A stretch of DNA of 64,000 bases from Eledone cirrhosa (taxonomy: Eukaryota), in contig OZ024743.1 in assembly GCA_964016885.1 (NCBI GenBank), forward strand, positions 75,578,001 to 75,642,000, in the 5' to 3' direction. The position numbers were made by a program, and so were the translations under genes. Position 1 is the first letter of the stretch, and each line of letters starts with the position of its first letter. Positions 23,601 through 41,600 of this stretch are shown one piece after another. Under the pieces are notes generated by a model. The model was not told the origin of the DNA. It worked only from the letters and a program-made list of their open reading frames with translations, and made no database searches.

Positions 23601-26600
23601 ACACTACCAATACCTCCTCTCTATAACAACACTAACAATACCCTCTCTCTATAACAACACTACCAATACCCTCTCTCTATAACAACACTACCAATACCCT
23701 CTCTCTATAACAATACTACCAATACCCTCTCTCTATAACAACACTACCAATACCCTCTCTCTATAACAACACTACCAATACCCTCCCTCTATAACAACAA
23801 TACCAATACCCTCTCTCTATAACAACACTACCAATACCCTCTCTCTATAACAATACTATCAATACCCTCTCTCTATAACAACACTACCAATACCCTCTCT
23901 CTATAACAACACTACCAATACCCTCTCTCTATAACAATACTACCAATACCCTCTCTCTATAACAATACTACCAATACCCTCTCTCTATAACAACACTACC
24001 AATACCCTTCTATAACAATACTACCAATACCCCCTCTCTATAACGACACTACCAATACCCTCTCTCTATAACAATACTACCAATACCCTCTCTCTATAAC
24101 AATACTACCAATACCCTACTACCAATACCCTCTCTCTATAACAACACTACCAATACCCTCTCTCTATAATAATACTACCAATACCCTCTCTCTATAACAA
24201 CACTACCAATACCCTTCTATAACAATACTACCAATACCCCCTCTCTATAACAACACTACCAATACCCTCTCTCTATAACAACACTACCAATACCCGTCTA
24301 TAACAACACTACCAATACCCTCTCTCTGTAACAACACTACCAATACCCTCTCTCTATAACAATACTACCAACACCCTCTCTCTATAACAACACTACCAAT
24401 ACCCTCTCTCTATAACAATACTACCAATACCCTCTCTCTATAACAATACTACCAACACCCTCTCTCTATAACAACACTACCAATACCCTACTACCAATAC
24501 CCCCTCTCTATAACAACACTACCAATACCCTCTCTCTATAACAACACTACCAATACCCTCTCTCTATAACAACACTACCAATACCCCCTCTCTATAACAA
24601 CACTACCAATACCCTCTCTCTATAACAACACTACCAATACCCTCTCTCTATAACAACACTACCAATACCCTCTCTCTATAACAACACTACCAATACCCTC
24701 TCTCTATAACAAAACTACCAATACCCTACTACCAATACCCTCTCTCTATAACAATACTACCAATACCCTACTACCAATACACTCTCTCTATAACAACACT
24801 ACCAATACCCTCTCTCTATAACAACACTACCAATACCCTACTACCAATACCCTCTCTCTATAACAATACTACCAATACCCTACTACCAATACCCTCTCTC
24901 TATAACAATACTACCAATACCCTCTCTCTATAACAACACTACCAATACCCTACTACCAATACCCTCTCTCTACAACAACACTACCAATACCCTACTACCA
25001 ATACCCTCTCTCTATAACAATACTACCAATACCCTCTCTCTATAACAATACTACCAATACCCTCTCTCTATAACAATACTACCAATACCCTCTCTCTATA
25101 ACAACACTACCAATACCCTACTACCAATACCCTCTCTCTATAACAACACTACCAATACCCTACTACCAATACCCTCTCTCTATAACAACACTACCAATAC
25201 CCTACTACCAATACCCTCTCTCTATAACAACACTTCCAATACCCTACTACCAATACCCTCTCTCTATAACAACACTACCAATACCCCCTCTCTATAACAA
25301 CACTACCAATACCCTCTCTCTATAACGACACTACCAATACCCTCTCTCTATAACAACACTACCAATACCCTCTCTCTATAACAATACTACCAATACCCTC
25401 TCTCTATAACAATACTACCAATACCCCCTCTCTATAACAATACTACAAATACCTTACTACCAATACCCTCTCCCTATAAAAATACTACCAATACCCTCTC
25501 TCTATAACAACACTACAAATACCCTACTACCAATACCCTCTCTCTATAACAATACTACCAATAACCTCTCTCTATAACAATACTACCAATACCCTCTCTC
25601 TATAACAACACTACCAATACCCTACTACCAATAACGTACTACCAATACCCTCTCTCTATAACAACACTACAAATACCCTACTACCAATACCCTCTCTCTA
25701 TGACAATACTACCAATACCCTCTCTCTATAACAATACTACCAATACCCTACTATCAATAACCTCTCTCTATAACAATACTACCAATACCCTACTACCAAT
25801 ACCCTCTCTCTATAACAATACTACCAATACTCTCTCTCTATAACAACACTACCAATACCCTACTACCAATACTCTCTCTCTATAACAATACTACCAATAC
25901 CCTCTCTCTATAACAACACTACCAATACCCTACTACCAATAACCTCTCTCTATAACAATACTACCAATACCCTACTACCAATACCCTCACTCTATAACAA
26001 TACTACCAATACCCTACTACCAATACCCTCACTCTATAACAACACTACCAATACCCCCTCTCTATAACAATACTACCAATACCCTACTACCAATACCCTC
26101 TCTCTATAACAACACTACCAATACCCTCTCTCTATAACAACACTACCAATACCCTCTCTCTATAACAATACTACCAATACCCTCTCTCTATAACAACACT
26201 ACCAATACCCTCTCTCTATAACAATACTACCAATACCCTACTACCAATACCCTCTCTCTATAACAACACTACCAATACCCTCTCTCTATAACAACACTAC
26301 CAATACCCTAGTACCAATACCCTCTCTCTATAACAACACTACCAATTCCCTGCTACCAATACCCTACTACCAATACCCTCTCTCTATAACAACACTACCA
26401 ATACCCTCTCTCTATAACAATACTACCAATACCCTCTCTCTATAACAATACTACCAATGCCCTCTCTCTATAACAATACTACCAATACCCTCTCTCTATA
26501 ACAACACTACCAATACCCTACTACCAATACCCTCTCTCTATAACAACACTACCAATACCCTCTCTCTATAACAACACTACCAATACCCTAGTACCAATAC

Positions 26601-29600
26601 CCTCTCTCTATAACAACACTACCAATTCCCTGCTACCAATACCCTACTACCAATACCCTCTCTCTATAACAACACTACCAATTCCCTGCTACCAATACCC
26701 TACTACCAATACCCTCTCCCTCTAACAACACTACCAATACCCTACTACCACTACCCTCTCTCTATAACAACACTACCAATACCCTACTACCAATAACGTA
26801 CTACCAATACCCTCTCTCTATAACAACACTACAAATACCCTACTACCAATAACGTACTACCAATACCCTCTCTCTATAACAATACTACCAATACCCTCTC
26901 TCTATAACAATACTACCAATACCCTACTACCAATACCCTCTCTCTATAACAATACTACCAATACCCTACTACCAATAACCTCTCTCTATAACAATACTAC
27001 CTATACCCTGCTACCAATACCCTCTCTCTATAACAATACTACCAATACCCTACTACCAATACCCTCTCTCTACAACAATACTACCAATACCCTCTCTCTA
27101 TAACAACACTACCAATACCCTACTACCAATACCCTCTCTCTATAACAATACTACCAATACCCTCTCTCTATAACAATACTACCAATACCCTCTCTCTATA
27201 ACAATACTACCAATACCCTACTACCAATACCCTCTCTCTATAACAATACTACCAATACCCTACTACCAATACCCTCACTCTATAACAACACTACCAATAC
27301 CCCCTCTCTATAACAATACTACCAATACCCTACTACCAATACTCTCTCTCTATAACAATACTACCAATACTCTCTCTCTATAACAACACTACCAATACCC
27401 TCTCTCTATAACAATACTACCAATACTCTCTCTCTATAACAACACTACCAATACCCTGTCTCTATAACAATACTACCAATACCCTCTCTCTATAACAACA
27501 CTACCAATACCCTCTCTCTATAACAATACTACCAATACCCTCTCTCTATAACAACACTACCAATACCCTCTCTCTATAACAACACTACCAATACCCTACT
27601 ACCAATACCCTCTCTCTATAACAACACTACCAATACCCTCTCTCTATAACAATACTACCAATACCCTACTACCAATACCCTCTCTCTATAACAATACTAC
27701 CAATACCCTACTACCAATACCCTCTCTCTATAACAACACTACAAATACCCTACTACCAATACCCTCTCTCTATAACAATACTACCAATACCCTACTACCA
27801 ATACCCTCTCTCTATAACAATACTACCAATACCCTACTACCAATACCCTCTCTCTATAACAACACTACAAATACCCTACTACCAATACCCTCTCTCTATA
27901 ACAATACTACAAATACCTTCTCTCTATAACAATACTACCAATACCCTACTACCAATACTCTCTCTCTATAACAATACTACCAATACCCTCTCTCTATAAC
28001 AACACTACCAATACCCTACTACCAATAACGTACTACCAATACCCTCTCTCTATAACAACACTACAAATACCCTACTACCAATACCCTCTCTCTATAACAA
28101 TACTACCAATACCCTACTACCAATACCCTCTCTCTATAACAATACTACCAATACTCTCTCTCTATAACAACACTACCAATACCCTACTACCAATACCCTC
28201 TCTCTATAACAATACTACCAATACTCTCTCTCTATAACAACACTACCAATACCCTACTACCAATACCCTCTCTCTATAACAACACTACCAATACCCTACT
28301 ACCAATACCCTCTCTCTATAACAATATTACCAATACCCTCTCTCTATAACAATACTACCAATACCCTACTACCAATACCCTCTCTCTATAACAATACTAC
28401 CAATACCCTACTACCAATACCCTCTCTCTATAACAATACTACCAATACCCTACTACCAATACCCTCTCTCTATAACAACACTAGCAATACCCTACTACCA
28501 ATACCCTCTCTCTATAACAATACTACCAATACCCTACTACCAATACCCTCACTCTATAACAACACTACCAATACCCTACTACCAATACTCTCTCTCTATA
28601 ACAATACTACCAATACCCTACTACCAATACTCTCTCTCTATAACAATACTACCAATACCCTTTCTCTATAACAACACTACCAATACCCTCTCTCTATAAC
28701 AATACTACCAATACCCTCTCTCTATAACAATACTACCAATACTCTCTCTCTATAACAATACTACCAATACCCTCTCTCTATAACAATACTACCAATACCC
28801 TCTCTCTATAACAATACTACCAATACCCTACTACCAATACCCTCTCTCTATAACAACACTACCAATACCCTACTACCAATACCCTCTCTCTATAACAATA
28901 CTACCAATACCCTCTCTCTATAACAACACTAACAATACCCTCTCTCTATAACAACACTACCAATACCTCCTCTCTATAACAACACTACCAATACCTCCTC
29001 TCTATAACAATACTACCAATACTCTCTCTCTATAACAATACTACCAATACCCTCTCTCTATAACAATACTACCAATACCCTCTCTCTATAACAATACTAC
29101 CAATACCCTACTACCAATACCCTCTCTCTATTACAACACTACAAATACCCTACTACCAATACCCTCTCTCTATAACAACACTACCAATACCTCCTCTCTA
29201 TAACAACACTACCAATACCCTCTCTCTATAACAATACTACCAATACCCTCTCTCTATAACAACACTACCAATACCCTCTCTCTATAACAACACTACCAAA
29301 ACCCTCTCTCTATAACAACACTACCAATACCCTCTCTCTATAACAACACTAACAATACCCTCTCTCTATAACAACACTACCAAAACCCTCTCTCTATAAC
29401 AACACTACCAATACCCTCTCTCTATAACAATACTACCAATACCCTCTCTCTATAACAACACTAACAATACCCTCTCTCTATAACAACACTACCAAAACCC
29501 TCTCTCTATAACAACACTAACAATACCCTCTCTCTATAACAACACTACCAATACCCTACTACCAATACCCTCTCTCTATAACAATACTACCAATACCCTC

Positions 29601-32600
29601 TCTCTATAACAACACTAACTATACCCTCTCTCTATTACAACACTACCAATACCCTCTCTCTATAACAACACAAACAATACCTCCTCTCTATAACAACACT
29701 ACCAATACCCTCTCTCTATAACAACACTACCAATACCCTCTCTCTATAACAATACTACCAATACCCTCTCTCTATAACAATACTACCAATACTCTCTCTC
29801 TATAACAATACTACCAATACCCTCTCTCTATAACAATACTACCAATACCCTCTCTCTATAACAATACTACCAATACCCTACTACCAATACCCTCTCTCTA
29901 TAACAACACTACCAATACCCTACTACCAATACCCTCTCTCTATAACAACACTACCAATACCCTCTCTCTATAACAACACTACCAATACCCTCTCCCTATA
30001 ACAACACTACCAATACCCTACTACTAATACCCTACTACCAATACCCTCTCTCTATAACAACACTACAAATACCCTACTACCAATACCCTCTCTCTATAAC
30101 AACACTACCAATACCCTACTACCAATACCCTCTCTCTATAACAATACTACCAATACCCTCTCTCTATAACAACACTACCAATACCCTCTCTCTATAACAA
30201 CACTACCAATACCCTACTACCAATACCCTCTCTCTATAACAACACTACCAATACCCTCTCTCTATAACAACACTACCAATACCCTCTCTCTATAACAATA
30301 CTACCAATACCCTCTCTCTATAACAATACTACCAATACCCTCTCTCTATAACAATACTACCAATATCCTACTACCAATACCCTCTCTCTATAACAACACT
30401 ACCAATACCCTCTCTCTATAACAATACTACCAATACCCTCTCTCTATAACAACACTACCAATACCCTACTACCAATACCCTCTCTCTATAACAATACTAC
30501 CAACACCCTCTCTCTATAACAATACTACCAATACCCTCTCTCTATAACAATACTACCAATACCCTCTCTCTATAACAATACTACCAATACCCTCTCTCTA
30601 TAACAATACTACCAATACCCTCTCTCTATAACAATACTACCAATACCCTCTCTCTATAACAATACTACCAATACCCTCTCTCTATAACAATACTACCAAT
30701 ATCCTACTACCAATACCCTCTCTCTATAACAATACTACCAACACCCTCTCTCTATAACAATACTACCAATACCCTCTCTCTATAACAACACTACCAATAC
30801 CCTACTACCAATACCCTCTCTCTATAACAATACTACCAATACCCTCTCTCTATAACAACACTAACAATACCCTCTCTCTATAACAACACTACCAATACCT
30901 CCTCTCTATAACAACACTACCAATACCTCCTCTCTATAACAACACTACCAATACCTCCTCTCTATAACAATACTACCAATACCCTCTCTCTATAACAACA
31001 CTACCAATACCCTACTACCAATACCTCCTCTCTATAACAATACTACCAATACCCTCTCTCTATAACAACACTACCAATACCCTCTCTCTATAACAACACT
31101 ACCAAAACCCTCTCTCTATAACAACACTACCAATACCCTCTCTCTATAACAACACTAACAATACCCTCTCTCTATAACAACACTACCAAAACCCTCTCTC
31201 TATAACAACACTACCAATACCCTCTCTCTATAACAATACTACCAATACCCTCTCTCTATAACAACATTAACAATACCCTCTCTCTATAACAACACTACCA
31301 AAACCCTCTCTCTATAACAACACTAACAATACCATCTCTCTATAACAACACTACCAATACCCTACTACCAATACCCTCTCTCTATAACAATACTACCAAT
31401 ACCCTCTCTCTATAACAACACTAACTATAGCCTCTCTCTATTACAACACTACCAATACCCTCTCTCTATAACAACACTAACAATACCCTCTCTCTATAAC
31501 AACACTACCAATACCCTACTACCAATACCCTCTCTCTATAACAATACTACCAATACCCTCTCTCTATAACAACACAAACAATACCTCCTCTCTATAACAA
31601 CACTACCAATACCCTCTCTCTATAACAACACTACCAATACCCTCTCTCTATAACAATACTACCAATACCCTCTCTCTATAACAATACTACCAATACTCTC
31701 TCTCTATAACAATACTACCAATACCCTCTCTCTATAACAATACTACCAATACCCTCTCTCTATAACAATACTACCAATACCCTACTACCAATACCCTCTC
31801 TCTATAACAACACTACCAATACCCTACTACCAATACCCTCTCTCTATAACAACACTACCAATACCCTCTCTCTATAACAACACTACCAATACCCTCTCCC
31901 TATAACAACACTACCAATACCCTACTACTAATACCCTACTACCAATACCCTCTCTCTATAACAACACTACAAATACCCTACTACCAATACCCTCTCTCTA
32001 TAACAACACTACCAATACCCTACTACCAATACCCTCTCTCTATAACAATACTACCAATACCCTCTCTCTATAACAACACTACCAATACCCTCTCTCTATA
32101 ACAATACTACCAATACCCTCTCTCTATAACAACACTACCAATACCCTCTCTCTATAACAATACTACCAATACCCTCTCTCTATAACAACACTACCAATAC
32201 CCTCTCTCTATAACAACACTACCAATACTCTCTCTCTATAACAATACTACCAATACCCTCTCTCTATAACAATACTACCAATACCCTACTACCAATACCC
32301 TCTCTCTATAACAATACTACCAATACCCTCTCTCTATAACAATACTACCAATACCCTCTCTCTATAACAACACTACCAATACCCTACTACCAATACCTCC
32401 TCTCTATAACAATACTACCAATACCCTCTCTCTATAACAACACTACCAATACCCTCTCTCTATAACAACACTACCAAAACCCTCTCTCTATAACAATACT
32501 ACAATACCCTCTCTTATAACAACACTACCAATACCCTCTCTCTATAACAACACTACCAATACCCTACTACCAATACCCTCTCTCTATAACAATACTACCA

Positions 32601-35600
32601 ATACCCTCTCTCTATAACAACACTAACAATACCCTCTCTCTATAACAACACTACCAATACCTCCTCTCTATAACAACACTACCAATACCTCCTCTCTATA
32701 ACAACACTACCAATACCTCCTCTCTATAACAATACTACCAATACCCTCTCTCTATAACAACACTACCAATACCCTACTACCAATACCTCCTCTCTATAAC
32801 AACACTACCAAAACCCTCTCTCTATAACAACACTACCAATACCCTCTCTCTATAACAACACTAACAATACCCTCTCTCTATAACAACACTACCAAAACCC
32901 TCTCTCTATAACAACACTACCAATACCCTCTCTCTATAACAATACTACCAATACCCTCTCTCTATAACAACACTAACAATACCCTCTCTCTATAACAACA
33001 CTACCAAAACCCTCTCTCTATAACAACACTAACAATACCCTCTCTCTATAACAACACTACCAATACCCTACTACCAATACCCTCTCTCTATAACAATACT
33101 ACCAATACCCTCTCTCTATAACAACACTACAAATACCCTACTACCAATACCCTCTCTCTATAACAACACTACCAATACCCTACTACCAATACCCTCTCTC
33201 TATAACAATACTACCAATACCCTCTCTCTATAACAACACTACCAATACCCTCTCTCTATAACAATACTACCAATACCCTCTCTCTATAACAACACTACCA
33301 ATACCCTCTCTCTATAACAACACTACCAATACCCTCTCTCTATAACAATACTACCAATACCCTCTCTCTATAACAATACTACCAATACCCTACTACCAAT
33401 ACCCTCTCTCTATAACAATACTACCAATAGCCTACTACCAATACCCTCTCTCTATAACAATACTACCAATACCCTCTCTCTATAACAATACTACCAATAC
33501 CCTACTACCAATACCCTCTCTCTATAACAATACTACAAATACCCTCTCTCTATAACAACACTACCAATACCCTCTCTCTATAACAATACTACCAATACCC
33601 TACTACCAATACCCTCTCTCTATAACAATACTACCAATAGCCTACTACCAATACCCTCTCTCTATAACAATACTACCAATACCCTACTACCAATACCCTC
33701 TCTCTATAACAATACTACCAATAGCCTACTACCAATACCCTCTCTCTATAACATTACTACCAATACCCTACTACCAATACCCTCTCTCTATAACAATACT
33801 ACAAATACCCTCTCTCTATAACAACACTACCAATACCCTCTCTCTATAACAATACTACCAATACCCTACTACCAATACCCTCTCTCTATAACAATACTAC
33901 CAATAGCCTACTACCAATACCCTCTCTCTATAACAATACTACCAATACCCTACTACCAATACCCTCTCTCTATAACAATACTACCAATACCCTACTACCA
34001 ATACCCTCTCTCTATAACAATACTACCAATACCCTACTACCAATACCCTCTCTCTATAACAATACTACCAATACCCTACTACCAATACCCTCTCTCTATA
34101 ACAATACTACCAATAGCCTACTACCAATACCCTCTCTCTATAACAATACTACCAATACCCTACTACCAATACCCTCTCTCTATAACAATACTACCAATAC
34201 CCTACTACCAATACCCTCTCTCTATAACAATACTACAAATACCCTCTCTCTATAACAACACTACCAATACCCTCTCTCTATAACAATACTACCAATACCC
34301 TACTACCAATACCCTCTCTCTATAACAATACTACCAATACCCTCTCTCTATAACAAACTACCAATACCCTCTCTCTATAACAATACTACCAATACCCTCT
34401 CTCTATAACAATACTACCAATACCCTCTCTCTATAACAATACTACCAATACCCTACTACCAATACCCTCTCTCTATAACAATACTACCAATACCCTCTCT
34501 CTATAACAATACTACCAATACCCTACTACCAATACCCTCTCTCTATAACAATACTACCAATACCCTCTCTCTATAACAATACTACCAATACCCTACTACC
34601 AATACCCTCTCTCTATAACAATACTACCAATAGCCTACTACCAATACCCTCTCTCTATAACAATACTACCAATACCCTACTACCAATACCCTCTCTCTAT
34701 AACAATACTACCAATACCCTACTACCAATACCCTCTCTCTATAACAATACTACCAATAGCCTACTACCAATACCCTCTCTCTATAACAATACTACCAATA
34801 CCCTACTACCAATACCCTCTCTCTATAACAATACTACCAATACCCTACTACCAATACCCTCTCTCTATAACAATACTACAAATACCCTCTCTCTATAACA
34901 ACACTACCAATACCCTCTCTCTATAACAATACTACCAATACCCTACTACCAATACCCTCTCTCTATAACAATACTACCAATACCCTCTCTCTATAACAAT
35001 ACTACCAATACCCTCTCTCTATAACAATACTACCAATACCCTCTCTCTATAACAATACTACCAATACCCTACTACCAATACCCTCTCTCTATAACAATAC
35101 TACCAATACCCTCTCTCTATAACAATACTACCAATAGCCTACTACCAATACCCTCTCTCTATAACAATACTACCAATACCCTACTACCAATACCCTCTCT
35201 CTATAACAATACTACCAATACCCTCTCTCTATAACAATACTACCAATACCCTCTCTCTATAACAATACTACCAATAGCCTACTACCAATACCCTCTCTCT
35301 ATAACAATACTACCAATACCCTCTCTCTATAACAATACTACCAATACCCTCTCTCTATAACAATACTACCAATACCCTACTACCAATACCCTCTCTCTAT
35401 AACAATACTACCAACACCCTACTACCAATACCCTCTCTCTATAACAATACTACCAATACCCTACTACCAATACCCTCTCTCTATAACAATACTACCAATA
35501 GCCTACTACCAATACCCTCTCTCTATAACAATACTACCAATAGCCTACTACCAATACCCTCTCTCTATAACAATACTACCAATACCCTACTACCAATACC

Positions 35601-38600
35601 CTCTCTCTATAACAATACTACCAATACCCTACTACCAATACCCTCTCTCTATAACAATACTACCAATACCCTCTCTCTATAACAATACTACCAATACCCT
35701 CTCTCTATAACAATACTACCAATAGCCTACTACCAATACCCTCTCTCTATAACAATACTACCAATACCCTACTACCAATACCCTCTCTCTATAACAATAC
35801 TACCAATACCCTCTCTCTATAACAATACTACCAATACCCTCTCTCTATAACAATACTACCAATAGCCTACTACCAATACCCTCTCTCTATAACAATACTA
35901 CCAATACCCTCTCTCTATAACAATACTACCAATACCCTCTCTCTATAACAATACTACCAATAGCCTACTACCAATACCCTCTCTCTATAACAATACTACC
36001 AACACCCTACTACCAATACCCTCTCTCTATAACAATACTACCAATACCCTACTACCAATACCCTCTCTCTATAACAATACTACCAATAGCCTACTACCAA
36101 TACCCTCTCTCTATAACAATACTACCAATAGCCCTACTACCAATACCCTCTCTCTATAACAATACTACCAATACCCTACTACCAATACCCTCTCTCTATA
36201 ACAATACTACCAATACCCTACTACCAATACCCTCTCTCTATAACAATACTACCAATACCCTACTACCAATACCCTCTCTCTATAACAATACTACAAATAC
36301 CCTCTCTCTATAACAACACTACCAATACCCTCTCTCTATAACAATACTACCAATACCCTACTACCAATACCCTCTCTCTATAACAATACTACCAATACCC
36401 TACTACCAATACCCTCTCTCTATAACAATACTACCAATAGCCTACTACCAATACCCTCTCTCTATAACAATACTACCAATACCCTACTACCAATACCCTC
36501 TCTCTATAACAATACTACCAATACCCTACTACCAATACCCTCTCTCTATAACAATACTACCAATAGCCTACTACCAATACCCTCTCTCTATAACAATACT
36601 ACCAATACCCTACTACCAATACCCTCTCTCTATAACAATACTACCAATACCCTACTACCAATACCCTCTCTCTATAACAATACTACAAATACCCTCTCTC
36701 TATAACAACACTACCAATACCCTCTCTCTATAACAACACTACCAATACCCTCTCTCTATAACAATACTACCAATACCCTCTCTCTATAACAATACTACCA
36801 ATACCCTACTACCAATACCCTCTCTCTATAACAATACTACCAATACCCTCTCTCTATAACAATACTACCAATACCCTCTCTCTATAACAATACTACCAAT
36901 AGCCTACTACCAATACCCTCTCTCTATAACAATACTACCAATACCCTCTCTCTATAACAATACTACCAATACCCTCTCTCTATAACAACACTACCAATAC
37001 CCTACTACCAATACCTCCTCTCTATAACAATACTACCAATACCTCCTCTCTATAACAACACTACCAATACCCTCCTCTCTATAACAACACTACCAATACC
37101 TCCTCTCTATAACAATACTACCAATACCCTCTCTCTATAACAACACTACCAATACCCTACTACCAATACCTCCTCTCTATAACAATACTACCAATACCCT
37201 CTCTCTATAACAACACTACCAATACCCTCTCTCTATAACAACACTACCAAAACCCTCTCTCTATAACAACACTAACAATACCCTCTCTTTATAACAACAC
37301 TACCAATACCCTCTCTCTATAACAACTCTACCAATACCCTACTACCAATACCCTCTCTCTATAACAATACTACCAATACCCTCTCTCTATAACAACACTA
37401 ACAATACCCTCTCTCTATAACAACACTACCAATACCTCCTCTCTATAACAACACTACCAATACCTCCTCTCTATAACAACACTACCAATACCTCCTCTCT
37501 ATAACAATACTACCAATACCCTCTCTCTATAACAACACTACCAATACCCTACTACCAATACCTCCTCTCTATAACAATACTACCAATACCCTCTCTCTAT
37601 AACAACACTACCAATACCCTCTCTCTATAACAACACTACCAAAACCCTCTCTCTATAACAACACTACCAATACCCTCTCTCTATAACAACACTAACAATA
37701 CCCTCTCTCTATAACAACACTACCAAAACCCTCTCTCTATAACAACACTACCAATACCCTCTCTCTATAACAATACTACCAATACCCTCTCTCTATAACA
37801 ACACTACCAATACCCTCTCTCTATAACAACACTACCAAAACCCTCTCTCTATAACAACACTAACAATACCCTCTCTCTATAACAACACTACCAATACCCT
37901 ACTACCAATACCCTCTCTCTATAACAATACTACCAATACCCTCTCTCTATAACAACACTAACAATACCCTCTCTCTATAACAACACTACCAATACCCTCT
38001 CTCTATAACAACACAAACAATACCTCCTCTCTATAACAACACTACCAATACCCTCTCTCTATAACAACACTACCAATACCCTCTCTCTATAACAATACTA
38101 CCAATACCCTCTCTCTATAACAATACTACCAATAGCCTACTACCAATACCCTCTCTCTATAACAATACTACCAATACCCTACTACCAATACCCTCTCTCT
38201 ATAACAATACTACCAATCCCCTCTCTCTATAACAATACTACCAATACCCTACTACCAATACCCTCTCTCTATAACAATACTACCAATACCCTCTCTCTAT
38301 AACAATACTACCAATACCCTCTCTCTATAACAATACTACCAATAGCCTACTACCAATACCCTCTCTCTATAACAATACTACCAATACCCTACTACCAATA
38401 CCCTCTCTCTATAACAATACTACCAATACCCTACTACCAATACCCTCTCTCTATAACAATACTACAAATACCCTCTCTCTATAACAACACTACCAATACC
38501 CTCTCTCTATAACAATACTACCAATACCCTACTACCAATACCCTCTCTCTATAACAATACTACCAATAGCCTACTACCAATACCCTCTCTCTATAACAAT

Positions 38601-41600
38601 ACTACCAATACCCTACTACCAATACCCTCTCTCTATAACAATACTACCAATAGCCTACTACCAATACCCTCTCTCTATAACAACACTACCAATACCCTAC
38701 TACCAATACCCTCTCTCTATAACAATACTACAAATACCCTCTCTCTATAACAACACTACCAATACCCTCTCTCTATAACAATACTACCAATACCCTACTA
38801 CCAATACCCTCTCTCTATAACAATACTACCAATAGCCTACTACCAATACCCTCTCTCTATAACAATACTACCAATACCCTACTACCAATACCCTCTCTCT
38901 ATAACAATACTACCAATACCCTACTACCAATACCCTCTCTCTATAACAATACTACCAATACCCTACTACCAATACCCTCTCTCTATAACAATACTACAAA
39001 TACCCTCTCTCTATAACAACACTACCAATACCCTCTCTCTATAACAATACTACCAATACCCTACTACCAATACCCTCTCTCTATAACAATACTACCAATA
39101 CTCTACTACCAATACCCTCTCTCTATAACAATACTACCAATAGCCTACTACCAATACCCTCTCTCTATAACAATACTACCAATACCCTACTACCAATACC
39201 CTCTCTCTATAACAATACTACCAATACCCTACTACCAATACCCTCTCTCTATAACAATACTACCAATAGCCTACTACCAATACCCTCTCTCTATAACAAT
39301 ACTACCAATACCCTACTACCAATACCCTCTCTCTATAACAATACTACCAATACCCTACTACCAATACCCTCTCTCTATAACAATACTACAAAAACCCTCT
39401 CTCTATAACAACACTACCAATACCCTCTCTCTATAACAATACTACCAATACCCTACTACCAATACCCTCTCTCTATAACAATACTACCAATAGCCTACTA
39501 CCAATACCCTCTCTCTATAACAATACTACCAATACCCTCTCTCTATAACAATACTACCAATACCCTCTCTCTATAACAATACTACCAATACCCTCTCTCT
39601 ATAACAATACTACCAATACCCTACTACCAATACCCTCTCTCTATAACAATACTACCAATACCCTCTCTCTATAACAATACTACCAATAGCCTACTACCAA
39701 TACCCTCTCTCTATAACAATACTACCAATACCCTACTACCAATACCCTCTCTCTATAACAATACTACCAATACCCTCTCTCTATAACAATACTACCAATA
39801 CCCTCTCTCTATAACAATACTACCAATAGCCTACTACCAATACCCTCTCTCTATAACAATACTACCAATACCCTACTACCAATACCCTCTCTCTATAACA
39901 ATACTACCAATAGCCTACTACCAATACCCTCTCTCTATAACAATACTACCAATACCCTACTACCAATACCCTCTCTCTATAACAATACTACCAATACCCT
40001 ACTACCAATACCCTCTCTCTATAACAATACTACCAATAGCCTACTACCAATACCCTCTCTCTATAACAATACTACCAATAGCCTACTACCAATACCCTCT
40101 CTCTATAACAATACTACCAATACCCTACTACCAATACCCTCTCTCTATAACAATACTACCAATACCCTACTACCAATACCCTCTCTCTATAACAATACTA
40201 CCAATACCCTACTACCAATACCCTCTCTCTATAACAATACTACAAATACCCTCTCTCTATAACAACACTACCAATACCCTCTCTCTATAACAATACTACC
40301 AATACCCTACTACCAATACCCTCTCTCTATAACAATACTACCAATACCCTACTACCAATACCCTCTCTCTATAACAATACTACCAATAGCCTACTACCAA
40401 TACCCTCTCTCTATAACAATACTACCAATAGCCTACTACCAATACCCTCTCTCTATAACAATACTACCAATACCCTACTACCAATACCCTCTCTCTATAA
40501 CAATACTACCAATACCCTACTACCAATACCCTCTCTCTATAACAATACTACAAATACCCTCTCTCTATAACAACACTACCAATACCCTCTCTCTATAACA
40601 ATACTACCAATACCCTACTACCAATACCCTCTCTCTATAACAATACTACCAATAGCCTACTACCAATACCCTCTCTCTATAACAATACTACCAATACCCT
40701 CTCTCTATAACAATACTACCAATACCCTCTCTCTATAACAATACTACCAATACCCTCTCTCTATAACAATACTACCAATACCCTACTACCAATACCCTCT
40801 CTCTATAACAATACTACCAATACCCTCTCTCTATAACAATACTACCAATACCCTCTCTCTATAACAATACTACCAATAGCCTACTACCAATACCCTCTCT
40901 CTATAACAATACTACCAATACCCTACTACCAATACCCTCTCTCTATAACAATACTACCAATAGCCTACTACCAATACCCTCTCTCTATAACAATACTACC
41001 AATACCCTACTACCAATACCCTCTCTCTATAACAATACTACCAATACCCTACTACCAATACCCTCTCTCTATAACAATACTACAAATACCCTCTCTCTAT
41101 AACAACACTACCAATACCCTCTCTCTATAACAATACTACCAATACCCTACTACCAATACCCTCTCTCTATAACAATACTACCAATAGCCTACTACCAATA
41201 CCCTCTCTCTATAACAATACTACCAATACCCTACTACCAATACCCTCTCTCTATAACAATACTACCAATAGCCTACTACCAATACCCTCTCTCTATAACA
41301 ATACTACCAATACCCTACTACCAATACCCTCTCTCTATAACAATACTACAAATACCCTCTCTCTATAACAACACTACCAATACCCTCTCTCTATAACAAT
41401 ACTACCAATACCCTACTACCAATACCCTCTCTCTATAACAATACTACCAATAGCCTACTACCAATACCCTCTCTCTATAACAATACTACCAATACCCTAC
41501 TACCAATACCCTCTCTCTATAACAATACTACCAATACCCTACTACCAATACCCTCTCTCTATAACAATACTACAAATACCCTCTCTCTATAACAACACTA